From contig OZ024742.1 of assembly GCA_964016885.1 (NCBI GenBank), positions 20,336,001 through 20,400,000 on the forward strand: a stretch of DNA of 64,000 nt, in the 5' to 3' direction. Of this stretch, positions 1 to 14,098 are shown in pieces. This stretch comes from Eledone cirrhosa (lineage: Eukaryota). Made by a program: the position numbers and the translations under genes. Position 1 is the first letter of the stretch. The number at the start of each line of letters is the position of its first letter. The notes under the pieces are model-generated. The model worked only from the letters and a program-made list of their open reading frames with translations. It did no database searches and had not been told where the DNA came from.

Positions 1-615
1 ATGTGATCGATCTATTGTGTCGAGCCCCAAACACTTACATTACTACTATCACCTTACATTTTCCTAAAAATAGAACGAAGGATCCGCTATTAACTCCTCG
101 GTATAAGGAGTGAGAACTCTGTATAATTAATAAATATTTAGATTAAAATTCAGAATATGAAGTATAGAATAAAACCCAAGTCCACTGCACGTTAACTATA
201 TGTTTAAACTGTCAGAGCAACTATAGTGTTTGAATTATATTTATCACCATTTTCAAAGGTATAAAATATTAAGAATTTCGAATCGAGATTTATCCAAATT
301 TCATACATTATTCCTGCATTTAGTTTGAATAGATCTATTATTCCTTTTTTTTTTTTTTTTTCTAAAGTTATATCCGATAGTTCTACGGGTTTGTTGATTT
401 TCCATAAAGAAATACTGTAATTTCCGACCGAAATATTTATTATTGTTTTGGCAGGCATCAATATCATGAATTAAACTTCGTTATAAAAATATTCTCCCCA
501 ATTCTAATGAAGCAATATCAGCCACATTTCCTCCTAATCATTGGTCTTAAAACTATTTGACATCTAAATGAGTTTGGTGTTCTCCTATCAATCATAATCT
601 AATGTTATTTACTAT

Positions 616-653
<38 letters not shown>

Positions 654-950
654 CAACTTTCGACAGCAATTCACAGTAATATTTTTCCTTAACTAGAAGA
701 AAATCGATTTTGGTTTAAGAAGAGTTTGTCAATCAGAAAGAAAAATAAGGTTTTCAATGTACTAAAAACAATTCTATGCACACATTATCATCAAATTACT
801 CAAGAGTTTATTTTTAGTTATGTTGGGGATTTGTTGTACTTTGGTTGTTTTGTTTTGTCTTTTTGGGGTGGTGGTGGTCAAATCTTCAAATATCTTTATT
901 TGATTCTCACATTTTAATGTAAACAATGAAGTAAAGAATGACAGAATCAT

Positions 951-1040
951 TAGAGCGCTGGATAGAATGTTTCCCTGTATTTATTTCAGTTGTATCAGTT
1001 CAAATCCTGTCGAAGTGAACTTTGCCTTTCCTCCTTTCAT
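951..1040 (+). mobile_element. Degenerate tRNA-derived SINE fragment (family A)
   Basis: TAGAGCG..GTTCAAATCC (B-box-like)..GAACTTTGCCTTTCCTCCTTTC matches the head and core of the copies at 4877 and 9309. Confidence 0.55.
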
Positions 1041-1574
1041 TTCCTTAAATAAGACATCAGTGGTGGAATATTTAGAGCCTCAAACTAGATACATTGGTGT
1101 ATTTGTTCCAGCTCTTTGTGTTCTAAGTTCTTTGTTCAAGTTTAGTCTTGGATAACAGACTTCCTTTAGACTTATCTAGGTTTGAAATCTGTAAGTGTGA
1201 GAGTCCCAAACGCAGAAAATAACTGTAATAACAATCGATCAATATAAATATTTGAGAAAATTGGGCAAATTGTCGTAAGAGGCAGAACAAAGTAGACAAA
1301 TGTCTATCAGAGCCCCATTCAAGTTGAATACTCCGCTCGTATACGAGATATTGCATGAAGTGATGGTTGTATTGCCTAGATCTACAGAGGAATGTGACTA
1401 CATTCTTTTTTTCCATGTTTCCAATGTTAACACCAACGATCACAAACTAACGAGAGAGTCACTACGTGATCACACACATGTCAACAGTAAATAGATCCTC
1501 CTCATACACCGCACTTTTTTAAACAAAAACAAAGTTTACTTTAGACAATGTAATGCTTACTCTACTGAGTGGAT

Positions 1575-1940
1575 GCAGCGTGGCTGAATGTTAAAGACGT
1601 TTGCTTCACAATTATTAGATATCAGGTTCGATCTCACTGCGTGGTATCTTGGGCAAATGTCATAAACCATACCCTCGGTTTGACCCATGTTTTATCAGTG
1701 CAATTGAGTAGATGGAAGCTGTTTGGAAATCTTTAGTTGGACTCTACCTGAGATGAGGGAGTCATTTCACATTTACTATACCATCGGGTCGACTCCTGCC
1801 TTGTGAGGGAAGTTGGTTAGACGGAAACTGTTCAAAAACTCGATGGATGGACTGTATGTGTAATTAAAAGGGCTAGCCTTGACACACCCTGTGTTAGGCT
1901 GAATCTTCCTGAGAACGGCGTTAAGAGTGATGAGCCCTGC
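1575..1940 (+). mobile_element. Degenerate tRNA-derived SINE (family B), probably two fragments
   Basis: A-box-like GTGGCTGAATGTTAA, B-box GGTTCGATCTC, and CTTGTGAG..TAGACGGAAACTG core; related pieces at ~6700-6790 (-) and 8965-9100 (+). Confidence 0.55.
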
Positions 1941-2246
1941 AACTCCCACAAGGGTTAGGGACCATGCATACATCCATGCAACAAGCTAGAAAAGGATTAG
2001 CAGTGTCAATGGCATCTGTTGGGGCCTACGAGACTTTTGGAAGAAAGGAAAATGTGACGTCAAACTGAAGATATAATCTGAATGTTTACCACAGTGTGAA
2101 CTCAACTGACGAAAGTCAAAGGTTATGTGGTGTTGTTAAACCGGGTGTCAGATTATGTCAACCACAATTTATTTCCGGTTACTCCATTCCTTTAATTCTT
2201 ATTTTACAGCAACTAATATATTTGATGGCGACTGTACACGGTAAAT

Positions 2247-2625
2247 ATGACTTTCTGATTTATACACAGGGCCATCTATTTTGGGGGAGGGGAAAGTCGA
2301 TTTAAATCGACCTCACTGCATTACTGATACTTTATTTTATCGACCCTGTAAGGGTGAAAGGCTTAGTAAACCTCGGCGAGATTTGAACTCAGAACGTAAA
2401 GGGTCGTAACTCTATTCTGCAAAACATATTGTCCGACGCTCTGCCGATACTGCCAATAAATATTGTTTCTACTTTTGGCACAAGGCCAGCAATTATCCCA
2501 GTGTATTACTGGTACTTTATTTTATCGATCCCGGCGGGATCTGAAATCAGACCATAAAGGGCCGTAACTCTTTGCTGCAAAGCATGGCGTCTGACCCTCT
2601 ACATATGCTGCCAATCCACTGCCAA
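2247..2625 (-). mobile_element. Two tandem SINE copies (family A)
   Basis: Both carry GGCACAAGGCCA..ACTGGTACTTTATTTTATCGACCC..GATTTGAACTC (reverse B box), shared with other copies in the window. Confidence 0.75.
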
Positions 2626-3065
2626 TAAATATTGCGACGTAGTTATGAAGGAACAATTTCTTTAATTTAATCATTATATAGCATCAGTAATATCTAGCTC
2701 CACAATAACAGATAAACAATTATGAAAATATCAATTATTAGATTTAATGAATGGAACTATATTTCTTTCGCTTGAAATTCACTTGACGGCCACAGTTTAT
2801 GGAATGTTTCGCAAGACAAAAATAGTTTTGCTTCGATATAAATGAATTAATTTGATAGTTCAACGAACGAATTAAATAGTTCCAATACATCTTGATAAAA
2901 TTTTATATTGCGATAAATATTTTAAATTTTTACAAAATTAAATAATTTTGTTGTAAACAAATAGATCGTATGTATTAATAAAAAAATATCCAAAATAGAT
3001 TGTCTTACTGGAGGAAATGACGATGTTGTTTTGGACCAGGTAGGCCCTAATTAAATATGTAGATA

Positions 3066-3146
3066 ATTGTTTCTACTTTTGGCACAAGGCCAGCAATTAC
3101 CCAGTGCATTACTGGTACTTTATTTTATCGACCCCGTAAGGATGAA
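3066..3146 (-). mobile_element. SINE family A fragment
   Basis: Near-exact reverse complement of 5937-6003; same core motif. Confidence 0.7.
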
Positions 3147-3447
3147 TATGTAGATAATGCAAAATTTTTCAACCGTAAACATCCCTTGTTTATTCAGATA
3201 TAATGTAGCTAAGATTATATTATTCGAGAAGAGTTCTTCTATCCAGTCACTAACAATAAAGGAAATTTAGTTATATCCAGCTGGTCGATATAGCATGGAT
3301 ATCCTCGGATGTTTGCTTGTGTGGTTGTGTGTGTGTGCGTCAGGGATTCGGTACCGAAAATAATCGAGGCCCCAGAGGAATATATATTTTGTCAGGTTGA
3401 AGAACGATTGTGCATGCTTGATTAAGCTGCTACGATTACCCGGATAT

Positions 3448-3600
3448 TTCTTCTTCTTCTTCTTCTTTGCCATTTATTCCTGAAAGGGTCGTGGGGGAAG
3501 AGTCCTCAAACACTCCTTCCAGTGGGTTCTGTCAGAATCAACTGTCTCTAACTGTTCCTGCTACATCCCCAAGCAAGAACAGCCAAGCTCATGGATGTTA
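3448..3600 (-). mobile_element. RTE-like LINE 3' tail ending in (GAA)n
   Basis: Homologous to 11898-12040; minus-strand 3' end is a (GAA)n microsatellite tail. Confidence 0.55.
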
Positions 3601-3653
3601 TACTAACATGAAAATTTAAATACTAATGAAAATATATGCTTAGTTGTCATATA

Positions 3654-4691
3654 TCTGTATATATATATATAATTAAGTGTGTGTCTGTGTGTGTGTGTGT
3701 GTATTACCTATAGGGGCCTGCATCTTACGACCGATTTTCATTAAACTTTACAGGCTCATAGATTAGTCATCAGGGAGTGTTTTCTATATATTAAGGTACC
3801 GTTTTTTTTTATTCCGGGGTCATTCTGCAGATAAAAATCGATAGGTGGGGGGGTCACCCTTTTTTAGATATCGAAAAATAAGATTGTTGGCTCTAGCTCC
3901 CACATTTTGCCACCGATTTCGTTCAAATTTTAAAGCAAAATAGAATTTATCATTGCACATCCTGTAATGGCTTTATATTTTGCATTTGTTGTTCAGGGAC
4001 GCCGTGGAAGCCGCTTAAATATTCAAAAATACAACTTTTAGACTCAAATTTCCACTTTTTAGGCTCTAGCTCCACATTAATCAACCTACTTTGTTCAGAT
4101 TTTACATTACGCTAGATCAGATTATTTCACGTCTTAAAGTGGCTTTACATTTTGGATTTTTTGTTCAGGAACGTCGTGGCCCCGCTTAAATATTCGAAAA
4201 TACCACTTTTTCGCTCAAATTTCCGCCGTAGCTTGCACATTTTTCAACCGATTTCGTTCAAATTCGAAACTTCGGCTCCAACTCACACATAAATCAATTT
4301 ATTTGGTTCAACTTTTATACTACGATAGAACCTATCATTAGCTCCCACATTTTTCAACCGATTTCGTTCAAATTCGAAACTTCGGCTCCATCTCACACAT
4401 AAATCAATTTATTTGGCTCAACTTTATACTAAGATAGAACCTATCATTGCATATCTTATAGTAGCTTTACACTTTGCATTTTTTGTTCAGGGACGGCGTG
4501 GCAGCCGTTTAACTCTTCAAAATACGATTTTTTCCACCTCCCACATATTCCATACGATTTCACTCAACATTTCGCCATTTGCTACACCTTAGGACCGATT
4601 TTCAAGAAACTCGCAGTCGCTAAGATATACACCTTTTCATCAAAGCAGATATTATTTTACCTGCCCAGGCAACGTTGGGTACTGCTGTTAG
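3654..4691 (+). mobile_element. Non-autonomous Helitron-like element with internal tandem repeats
   Basis: Inserted between A and T; begins TC-TGTATATATA..(GT)n; ends with imperfect hairpin CCCAGGCAACGTTGGG ~8 nt before TTAG (CTAG variant); internal ~100-180 bp repeats containing CCGATTTCGTTCAAATT. Confidence 0.7.
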
Positions 4692-4827
<136 letters not shown>

Positions 4828-4876
4828 CGCGCGTGTGCACACACACCCGTGTGTTTGTGTGTGGATTGGAAGTATC

Positions 4877-5057
4877 GGTAAAGCGGCAGACACCTTGCTT
4901 TGCAGCATAATTCTGGTTTTAAATCCCGTCGTGATTAGCTTTGCCTTTCATACTTACGGGGTCGATAAATAAAGTATATGTAAGCACTGGGGTCGATGCA
5001 ATCGACTTTCCCCTCCCTTTTAAATTGCTGACCTTGTGCCTATAGTAGAAACAATTA
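4877..5057 (+). mobile_element. SINE family A copy
   Basis: CTTTGCCTTTCAT..GGGGTCGATAAATAAAGTA..ACTGGGGTCGAT..CCTTGTGCC..AGTAGAAAC. Confidence 0.75.
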
Positions 5058-5202
5058 TTTAAAAATCTGATAGATCTGTAACTCAAAAGAAGGGTGTTAG
5101 TTGACCTGATTGCAGTGATTTGTAACCTATTATCATGTTATTGAGGGAGATTCTAAAATTGGTCTCTTTCTTCGGCTCATCGCTGTATATATGGGATATA
5201 AT

Positions 5203-5418
5203 GATTTCTACTATAGGCACAAGGCCAGTAATTTGGGGGAGGGGAAAATCGATTAAATAGATCCCAGTATGTTACTGGTGCTTTATTTTATCGACCCCGT
5301 AAGGATGAAAGGCAAAGTTAACCTCGGTGGTATTTTAACTCAGACCGTGAAGATCCATACCTCTTTGCTGCAAAGGATGGCGTCCGATCCTCTACCGATA
5401 CTGCCAATCACCGCCCTT
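5203..5418 (-). mobile_element. SINE family A copy
   Basis: Same core in reverse orientation, inverted relative to the 4877 copy. Confidence 0.75.
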
Positions 5419-5936
5419 ATATGGGATATATTGGTGGGATATAATGGTGCATTGAACTATTGATCTCCAGCACGTGCCTTCTATTGCGTTGATCAACTTT
5501 TCTCAATGCTGTCATTGTAGCTGTTATTTAGCCACTGGTTAGCTTTGATAAAGTAGAACTATTGTCAAGGTATTTTAATTGTAAATACCTCGTACTCAGC
5601 AGAACATCGATCGATCTCCTTCCGATTCAACAATCAGTGTTCCTGTTGTTCAATCAACGGAACATACTGATAAGTGACCGAGCATACCACGGCACGTGAC
5701 ATTTTAATGTAATTTGCAGGAAGTTTCAGCACAAAATGACAAAGCTGGACATTTGAATTACGCATGTAGTCCCTCTGATGGGCTTCCAAACATTCTTTGT
5801 TTTCTTAATTTACCCCACAGGACATGGGTCGACCTGATGTTGTTGTAAATGACATTTGCTCAAGATGTCACTCAGTATAATTGAACCCGGGACCTAATGA
5901 TTGCGAACCATTCGTTCATCGTGTGTCTGCAGTCCA

Positions 5937-6003
5937 GTCGATAAAATAAAGTACCAGTAATGCACTGGGTAATTGCTGGCCTTGTGCCAAAAGTAGAAAC
6001 AAT
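5937..6003 (+). mobile_element. SINE family A 3' fragment
   Basis: GTCGATAAAATAAAGTACCAGT..CCTTGTGCCAAAAGTAGAAAC. Confidence 0.7.
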
Positions 6004-7276
6004 TATATAAATTAACAGATAAACACATTTTGTTCATTTATTTATTGTGATTGGAATTAGTGTATGAGATTTGATTGAACCTAATTTAGACAGGGTTGCA
6101 TACAAAAATCAATTCTGTTCGTTACCTTCATTAAATAGCTCCTTTCTAAGTAGTTTGGACATTATCAGGTTTTTACAAGACAATAAAAATGTTATGGTTT
6201 CTTTGAATCTTTACAATGCTCTAGTGGCATAAAGCTAAATAGATATTAAAACGACTTCTTTCTCTTCGGATTAGACGCTAAGATTCCTAATGTAATTTTC
6301 CTACGTGATCTGGTATATCTGGTGTATTGGACCAACGTCGAATGCAATTTTTTGTACAAATGCACACCAAAAATCTTTAGGTGAATTTGCACCCAAAACT
6401 ATTCATAAGAGACCCCAATACCACATACAATCGGATATATTTCATGGTGTCCCTATGGGTTATCTCTTCAGTGATATGATGGTGTTTGACGACTGCAAAT
6501 TTAACAGATGACTGACATTGAACTTAATACTATGGCTTAACAAAGCTCATTGGACCTTCGTCAATCAACTGAACATTCAACTCATAGAATAAACATATAA
6601 GTGGCTAAGTATTTTAATGTCACGCGAACCCAAGCCGAAGTAGCGATATATATTATGCGGCAACGCTGGAACATTAAATTACATGTATAATATACACGGC
6701 AGGCTTCTGTACAGTTTCCGTCTACCAATTTACACTGACGGGTCGATCCAAGTCACCATTAAAGTAACTTTCCCAAGATGTCACTCCGCTGTCACTCATT
6801 ATTACAAAGTGAACTTAACAATTCAGCCATTACCAAGTCGATAGCATAATTCATATTAACAACATGGTTGTCACACACTCCGGACAACAACTCCCTTCTT
6901 TAGGTACCACTTTAGAAGGAGAATCAGAGTAGAGAGAGATGTACTGCCCCCTAGTAAGTTTACTGAAAGGTGGGTGAATGTGGTGAGAATGGCCCGAGTG
7001 ATTGGGCTTTCTTTGTATATAAACCTGTAGGTTGAAGAAGAGAACGAAAGGAAGAAAGGATCACTTGCACAACATTCTCCTGGAGTTGAGGGTTGTTCTA
7101 TCTACGGGGTATAAAGCAACCCATTTGTAACGCCTCCCTCCTATTGGGGATTTAGATTGTTATATTTTCATGTTAAATTATTTTTACACGACTGTATGTA
7201 AACTCCCCGCCATACGTCTTTGTATTGTCCCCTTTTCTTGTGCGCCCTTGTGGCAAATAAAGAAATATATCTATAA

Positions 7277-7735
7277 TGGTTTCTGATTTAGGTACAAGGC
7301 CACTAATTTGGGAGTGGGGAAAAGTTGATTAAATCGCCCCTAGCATATTACTGGTGCTTTATTTTGACTACCCTGTAAGGAAAAAAGGCAAAGCTAACAT
7401 CGGTGGGAATTGAATTCAGAAGGTAAAGGGACATAACTAATACCAGACAAAGTCTGCCGTTCCGACGCTCGACCGGTTTCTGCCAATCCACTGATAGTGA
7501 CAATAATGATTTCTGATTTAGGCACAAGGTGAACAATTTAGGGGACGGAAAAGTCGATTAAATTTATTTCAGTGCATTACTGGTACTTTATTTTATCGAC
7601 CCCGTAATGATGAAAAGCAAAGCAGTAATGATGAAAAACATCAGCAGAATTTGAGCTCAGAACGTAAAGAGCCGTAACTCTATGCCGCAAAGCATGTTGT
7701 CCGACGTTCTATCGATACTGCCAATCAACTGTCCT
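7277..7735 (-). mobile_element. Two tandem SINE family A copies
   Basis: Each starts (+ strand) TTTCTGATTTAGG.ACAAGG and ends near CTGCCAATC; core motif present. Confidence 0.75.
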
Positions 7736-8964
7736 TTATACTATCTATAATAGTCAAATCTACCTCCCTATAATTCCTATTCGTTCCTAATAATCCGGGG
7801 TTCAATAGTCAGTATTCTAAATAATTTAATTGAAAATATATTTCAACTGTTCGAACGACGTAAATCCAATCAAAAATGAAATCAACAACAGAATTTTATT
7901 CGCAACAAAATTCATTTTGATTTTTTAAAGATAAAGGAAAAAAATATCGTCCATAATAATTTTTAATAATTTCAAGCTGAGTTAATTCTAAACATATATT
8001 TCTATTTCTATCTTTTATTAATAATATAAAAGAAATATAAAGATTTTAATGTAAATAAAATAGTTAATATTCTTTTCTTGTTTTTTACCTTATTATATGT
8101 TTGCTGAGTTTCAGTTTTCAAATGGTTTTTACACCACAGAACTGATTATTCCAGTTGTAATTGCCGAGTGCCAATTGTCTAAAAGGAAGAAAGGAATATT
8201 TTTAATGAAAAAAAAAGCATTTTTTAATATTCTTCTTAACTAACATGAAGTATCGATTCCTGCCACTTAAAATCAAGTATTTTAATTCGTGTGAAGTAGT
8301 GAATGCTTTCCAGAAAAGAAATATTCCTGTCTTCAAATCATGTTCTGAAATATTAAATGATATTTCCAACAATGTAAAGACACATATTTCAATTAAATTG
8401 AATGTTTTCATTTTGCTTTCTCTTATTTCAATATTGTTTGTCATTTTAAATGTTAAATTATCTCTCTCATTTGGGCAGTAATGAACTTAGCTTTCATAGA
8501 CTTATTTTTTTCTTCCGGTGTAATGATACTGAAACTAATTATAATGGTATAATTATATTTTCATTTCGTTATTTAAACATTCTCTGTTGCGTATTACATC
8601 TATTTCATACATTGGTGAGTCCAAAGAATGAATTGGATTTAGTACCAAACCGCATATTTTGAGAAACTTACATGCATGGGTGCCCACACACCACACCTAC
8701 AAAACTAAACCTTGCTCAGGTGTGCATCTTGAAAACGAAAATTGCAGGTGTAAATCCGGTGCCTCATTATATATATGAGGCCTAGATATACGTTAATACC
8801 AGTACACTATCACTAACATAAATGTTTTCTCCATACAAAGCATACCATGGACTGAATCTTGAGTAGTAGTAAATTAATTCTAAACTAATACAAAGATTTA
8901 TCTCACCAAACTCGTTGCTAAATTTCATCGCTTTAGCTAAATACTTAGTTTGAGAAGGTGATCG

Positions 8965-9100
8965 CAGCATAGCCGAATGTTTAAGAAGTTCGCTTTGTAA
9001 TCATTAGGTGTGGGGTTTAATTCCACACCATTTACTATGGCCTCGAGCCGACCCATGTCTTGTGAGTGAAAGGCAATAGGCGAAAACTGATTATAGGCCA
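8965..9100 (+). mobile_element. SINE family B fragment
   Basis: GCAGCATAGCCGAATGTTTAAG head; CCTCGAGCCGACCCATGTCTTGTGAGTG core. Confidence 0.55.
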
Positions 9101-9308
9101 GTCATACTCTGAATCACGATGAATCTCCCATACAATTGCCTTGCGGATGCACGTGTCTGTGGAATGCTCAGTCATTTAGACATTCATTTAAGAAGTAAGC
9201 TGTTCCATTGTTCCAGCAACTAAACTGACGTAGGTTCATTCCAGTTTTGGAAGACGAAATTATTTAACATAATATTTATATTGAGTTTGGATCTCTAAGT
9301 GTCTTTGA

Positions 9309-9530
9309 GGCGGTTGAGTGGCTGTTATCGGTAGAGCGCAGGACAACATGCTTCGTGGAATGCAGGTACGGCCCTTTACGTTCTGAGTTCAAATCCTACC
9401 GAGGTTAGCTTTGCCATTCATCCTTTTGGGGTCGATAAAATAAAGCACAAGTCACGCACTGGGGTCGATTTAATTGACTTTCCCGTCCCCAAAAATTACT
9501 GGCCTTGTGCGTATATAAGAAGCCATTATT
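9309..9530 (+). mobile_element. Near full-length SINE family A copy
   Basis: tRNA-like head (GTAGAGCG..GAGTTCAAATCC B box) followed by GGGGTCGATAAAATAAAG core. Confidence 0.8.
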
Positions 9531-9540
9531 ATCAATGAGA

Positions 9541-9603
9541 TTCATCATCATCATCGTCATCATCGTCATCATCATCATCATCATCATTACCATCATCATC
9601 ATC
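9541..9603. repeat. (CAT)n microsatellite
   Basis: Direct reading. Confidence 0.95.
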
Positions 9604-11605
9604 TTTCAGTGTCGAAAATACGAGTCTATTCAAATTATCTAGGTTTTCTAAGATGGCTGTATACGCCATTTTTTATGTAAATCGCAGAGATAAAAAGCGA
9701 CTTTATAAATAGGATTTCAAGCTGGTTCATTAACTAAAATTGACTTAAAGACACAATGTTTCAACATGAAATTAAAAATGTGGGTTGGACATTTTTTGTG
9801 AACAGAATTTAAATTGATAATTAAAAATCAACAGAGCTATGTACAGGAATATTATCATAATGCTGTTGTGGACTTAAAACGTTAAGCAGGTTAACCATAT
9901 TATTTATTTAAGAGAAAACATTTCCAGGCTTTATTAAAAAGACAGTATATGTTACATATTTTAATAACAACAGTAATAATATTCTATCTTTATCTTTTAT
10001 TTTTCATGTGATTACCTTCTCTAATATTTGTATCAATTTTTAACAAAATACTCATTAATCCAGATTAACTAACAAAATATTATTTCACTAGACAGTTAAT
10101 ACTGAAGAATGTTATAGATTTAGTTTTGTATTTAACTCTAGATTTTTAAAATCTCAATCATAACCGACACAACGTTAGCTGACAATTTGTGTCTGTATTT
10201 TAAAAGCATGGCTTGGACGCTGCATGTTTCCCTTCTCGTATCGAGTCGATGGGGATGGAACGAGTAGACGACAAAGAGTCAGACAGCATAAAGATCTTCC
10301 CGTTCCGCGGTGATAAGCCCCTCGTGCAATGGCACCTTCTCCGGTGGCAACCTGGCGCATTCAGCGACTAACCCAAGCTTCCCTGTCCGTCACGCCAAGT
10401 ATGGCATGCTGTCGAAGTATTGGTTGTTCTCCCATAGGCTTGTGGTTGAACATAGAGCAGTAGAGACTATCGGCGTTCGTGGCCTCTGGACCACCTCCCT
10501 ACTCACTCCGCAAATCCAAGTGTCTATTCCAAAACGTCGCCCTTGTCATCGTTTGGGGCAACCCTTTTTCCATTCTCTCCGCTGGGGACACGGGTTGGCC
10601 TGCACCTCTATTCCCAAATATCAGAGAACTCTCCTCTACTCATAAGGGATTTATAACTTCGCGCTCTCTCACTCTCTCTGTTCCGTCTCGGAGAGAGGTT
10701 GCCTCTGCCAGGTTTAAAGGCCCAAGACACGATTCTATCAGGAGTTAAGAGCCATTTACATACTACTAGACTCTATTTCTATTTATATCTATTCTTTGTG
10801 CTAATTTCTCAATTTATCCTGTCATTTTCACATCTTACATACTTTATCATGAATATTCCACATTTAGAAATACCAAACTCTATTTTGACGCCGAGTCGAC
10901 AAGAGTATATACTTTTCTTTCCGTTTTTCCATAAAACTTTAAGTCATGCATGAATAACAAATTGTTAACTGTTTCCTGCTCCTTTCTTTGACTATATATA
11001 GCTTTTATTTTTCTGAATTCTAGAGGAAATTGTATGAGAACAATTTAAAACAATAGAAAGGATAAATTATCGCCATGGAAAATATCTCCACCTATATCTA
11101 CCTCTTCCAAGTGTCGTCATGTTGTTAGTTCGATTTTCCACTCCGTCTTGCTTACTTTAAGTTCAGTGATGGTATATGAAACATTGAACATTTTAAGTGG
11201 ATTCAAAATTCGAGAGTGGAGATAGACCAGAACATTTACTTTCTTGTAATTCATCCACTCAACCCACTGCTATCGGGTTGGAGTGGCTATTCCAACGCGT
11301 CTCCCTCGCCATCCTTCAGGGCAACATCTCCGTTCTGTTCACTGGGGCAAGAGGCGGACTAACCCTTAAATAAGAGTGAATTTATTATCATTCCAGCAAA
11401 TAAAACAGACAAGACATTACTAAAGTTATATATTATCGTCTTGTCGTTTAACAGTTGTATTCTATTAACAAGTGTATTTGGAGATAATATCTATGTGCAC
11501 CTAGAAAAACAATACCTACACTTTAATGAATAAAAAAGGTGTCACAGAAATTCAACATTGACTAAAGACCACCTGTTAACTGACATGATAATAATAAGAA
11601 TTTTA

Positions 11606-11660
11606 ATAGTAGTAGTAGTAGTAGTGGTGGTGGTGGTGGTGGTGGTGGTGGTGGTGGTGT
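11606..11660. repeat. (TAG)n(TGG)n compound microsatellite
   Basis: Direct reading. Confidence 0.95.
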
Positions 11661-11897
11661 AAAAGAATATTTTACAGTAAATAAAGTATTGAAAAGAGTC
11701 AAAACTATGAAAAACTCGTTTCATTTTCAGGAATATAATTCTTATTATCATCACACACCCAGTACCTGTTATGAAATGTGTGTTTTTGATATTGGAATAT
11801 AGTTAGACAGGCCTACATTCTCTAGAGTGTCAAACTAGATATCTATTTAAAATATGACATATGGGCAGGCATGGCAGAGTGGTTAAGGAGTTACTTT

Positions 11898-12040
11898 TTC
11901 TTCTTTTTCTTTTCCTTCTTTTTCTTTTCCTTCTTTTTCTTCTTCTTCTTCGACCACTTCTTCCTGAGAGGGTTGTGGGGGCAGAATCCTCAAATAGTCC
12001 TTCCAGCGGGTCCTGACAGAAGCAACCGTCTCCAACTTAT
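11898..12040 (-). mobile_element. RTE-like LINE 3' tail abutting a SINE head
   Basis: Minus strand reads LETVASVRTRWKDYL.. (RTE-like C-terminus) then a (GAA)n tail; SINE A-box GGCAGAGTGGTTAAG at 11863-11890. Confidence 0.55.
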
Positions 12041-12452
12041 ACACACTCTCTGGAGTAACGTTACTCTAATATAAACGTTATAATTATAAATCTATTGAAG
12101 TATTCTCCTAGAAATATTTTGTTTTATCATACGTTCTAACTTATAATTCTCTTCGGAGAAACATTACTGTCCTTTGATATCATAGTCTTCTCATTTACTT
12201 CATTTTCTTTACGTCTTCTTCCGACTTAATTAGTGATTAACTAGTTCCAATTCTGTCTGTAATATTTACTCCGCTGAGCCAAGATTGAGTCTAGGTTGGT
12301 GAGTTGAACTGATCAATCATTTTCTAATTTATATTGTCACTCCAGACCAGTTAGAAAATCAGTGTTAAAAGTACACAGAAATAACAAAGCAAACCACGCA
12401 GTACATTGAAGAAATATATTAGTTTAACGCTTGAAATAACAGAAAAAAGACT

Positions 12453-12486
12453 CTTAACGTTTCGAACACTAGTCCTTCATCAGAAG
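12453..12486 (-). ncRNA. Minimal type I hammerhead ribozyme motif (Penelope pLTR-like remnant)
   Basis: Minus strand: CTT-CTGATGA-A-GGAC-TAGT-GTTC-GAAACGTT-AAG; core boxes, stem II and palindromic AACGTT stem III. Confidence 0.65.
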
Positions 12487-13605
12487 GTAGAGTAGAGATA
12501 AAAGATAAAATAGAAAGATAAAGAGTGAGAAAAGGAAGAAAGGGTGAAAAAAACAAAAAAAAAACAAAGAGGGGGACACACGTACGTATTCAGTCAGACC
12601 TTTTGGCGAAATCAATGTTAACTTATCTTTCAATACCAGTTTAATGAAATTTATATTATTTGTAAAATCTAATATTTTAAACAACTAAAATATAGCTGTG
12701 TAAATCGATTGTACGAAGAATTACTTTTATAATTTAATTTCTTAGTCTAACAATTTTCATTCATTAATTTCTTCGTCGAAACACTTAACTCACAGCATTT
12801 CAACAAAGGTAATATTGATATCTAATAATTTATGCAATTATTCCAGGTAACCTCTTGATAAATGGTGAAATCCTACTGGGATATTATATTGACAGATCGT
12901 TTCACACCTCCTGCTATTGTACTTATTTTCTCGTCTTAGAAAATCATGTTTTATTCAAAGATATTTGTTGAATAACGTTTCCATTTCGTACTAACTGATT
13001 TCACAGTCTGGGTACTAACGTGTTTATATAAAATACTTCCATCTGTCATAGAAATAGAAATACTTGACATGAAACTATGTTGTACATTCTAAATATTTTT
13101 ATTCTTCTAAAACATATAAATGTATCGATCAATACATAAAGAAACTTTAGAGAAACTATTAAAATTAAATAAATAAGGAAAAGGAGTAAATAGAATTCAA
13201 TATAAACAATGCTTTGAAGAATTGGTGGATATTTAATTTTAAACGACATGAGAGTGTGTTTTTTAAAGAAATATGTACAGATCAAATAGTGTAATCGAAG
13301 AACACTACTTGAAATACAATCGTCAAACCAAGCTTCTGTTCCGTTAGACAAAAGAACTGACTGTGTTACTTGAAAGAGGCGTCTCCTGACACCCTCTAAG
13401 GATTTTTGATTGAATTCACTTACAAAATATGGATGAATTCTTCAAACGTTTGTGGATAACAATAGATTGCCGTTTAGTCATAGAATCAAATTTATATAAA
13501 TTTCAAATGAATACACAAAAGGATGAAGAATGGTAGAGAGAAGTGAGAAGACACCGTAGAACGTAAATACATACACTCATGTCTATATATATAATATATA
13601 TATAT

Positions 13606-13608
<3 letters not shown>

Positions 13609-13654
<46 letters not shown>
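13609..13654. repeat. (AG)n microsatellite
   Basis: Direct reading. Confidence 0.95.
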
Positions 13655-13656
<2 letters not shown>

Positions 13657-13952
13657 GTATGATGAAGTTATATCTGTATAAATATAGTGTGTGTAACCGA
13701 AACTGCACTAACGTGTATAAATATATACACACGTCTAATATGTAGGCATGTAAACATGCCAGTAAATATGAATTTCACTGTCAATAATTATCTTTAATCG
13801 ATTTTCGGATTTTATGGTCCAATAAGATTTTTTGCATAAACTTTAATCTGTACATATCATAAGTATTTGCTCTACGGATTTTATATATATATAATCCTTA
13901 TCAAGTCCTCTTCCGATTTTCATCTTCTCATTTATTATTACTATATATACAA

Positions 13953-14098
13953 TCAATAATTATCACAAGTGTAGTGTTTGTACCAGTTTTCAAGTCGCTG
14001 GCTGGACTAAAAAGTCACACTCGTTCAGCGCATCGGTAGGTGTTCTCCTACATGGATATAAAGTAGTGGCCGTACTCGAAAACGAGTTGGCAGCCACC

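Noticed and set aside
204-467. 87-aa minus-strand ORF
   Set aside because: AT-rich, runs through a homopolymer, no recognisable domain or splice context
3880-4560. CRISPR-like repeated motif CCGATTTCGTTCAAATT
   Set aside because: Whole units are degenerate tandem repeats inside a Helitron; eukaryotic context and no cas genes
6870-7266. Possible solo LTR or LINE 3' end with AATAAA
   Set aside because: No second copy, clear termini or coding remnant in the window
11151-11270. Possible minus-strand exon ending at a GTAAGC donor (also one at ~13420-13500)
   Set aside because: No convincing acceptor, no recognisable protein, no consistent exon chain
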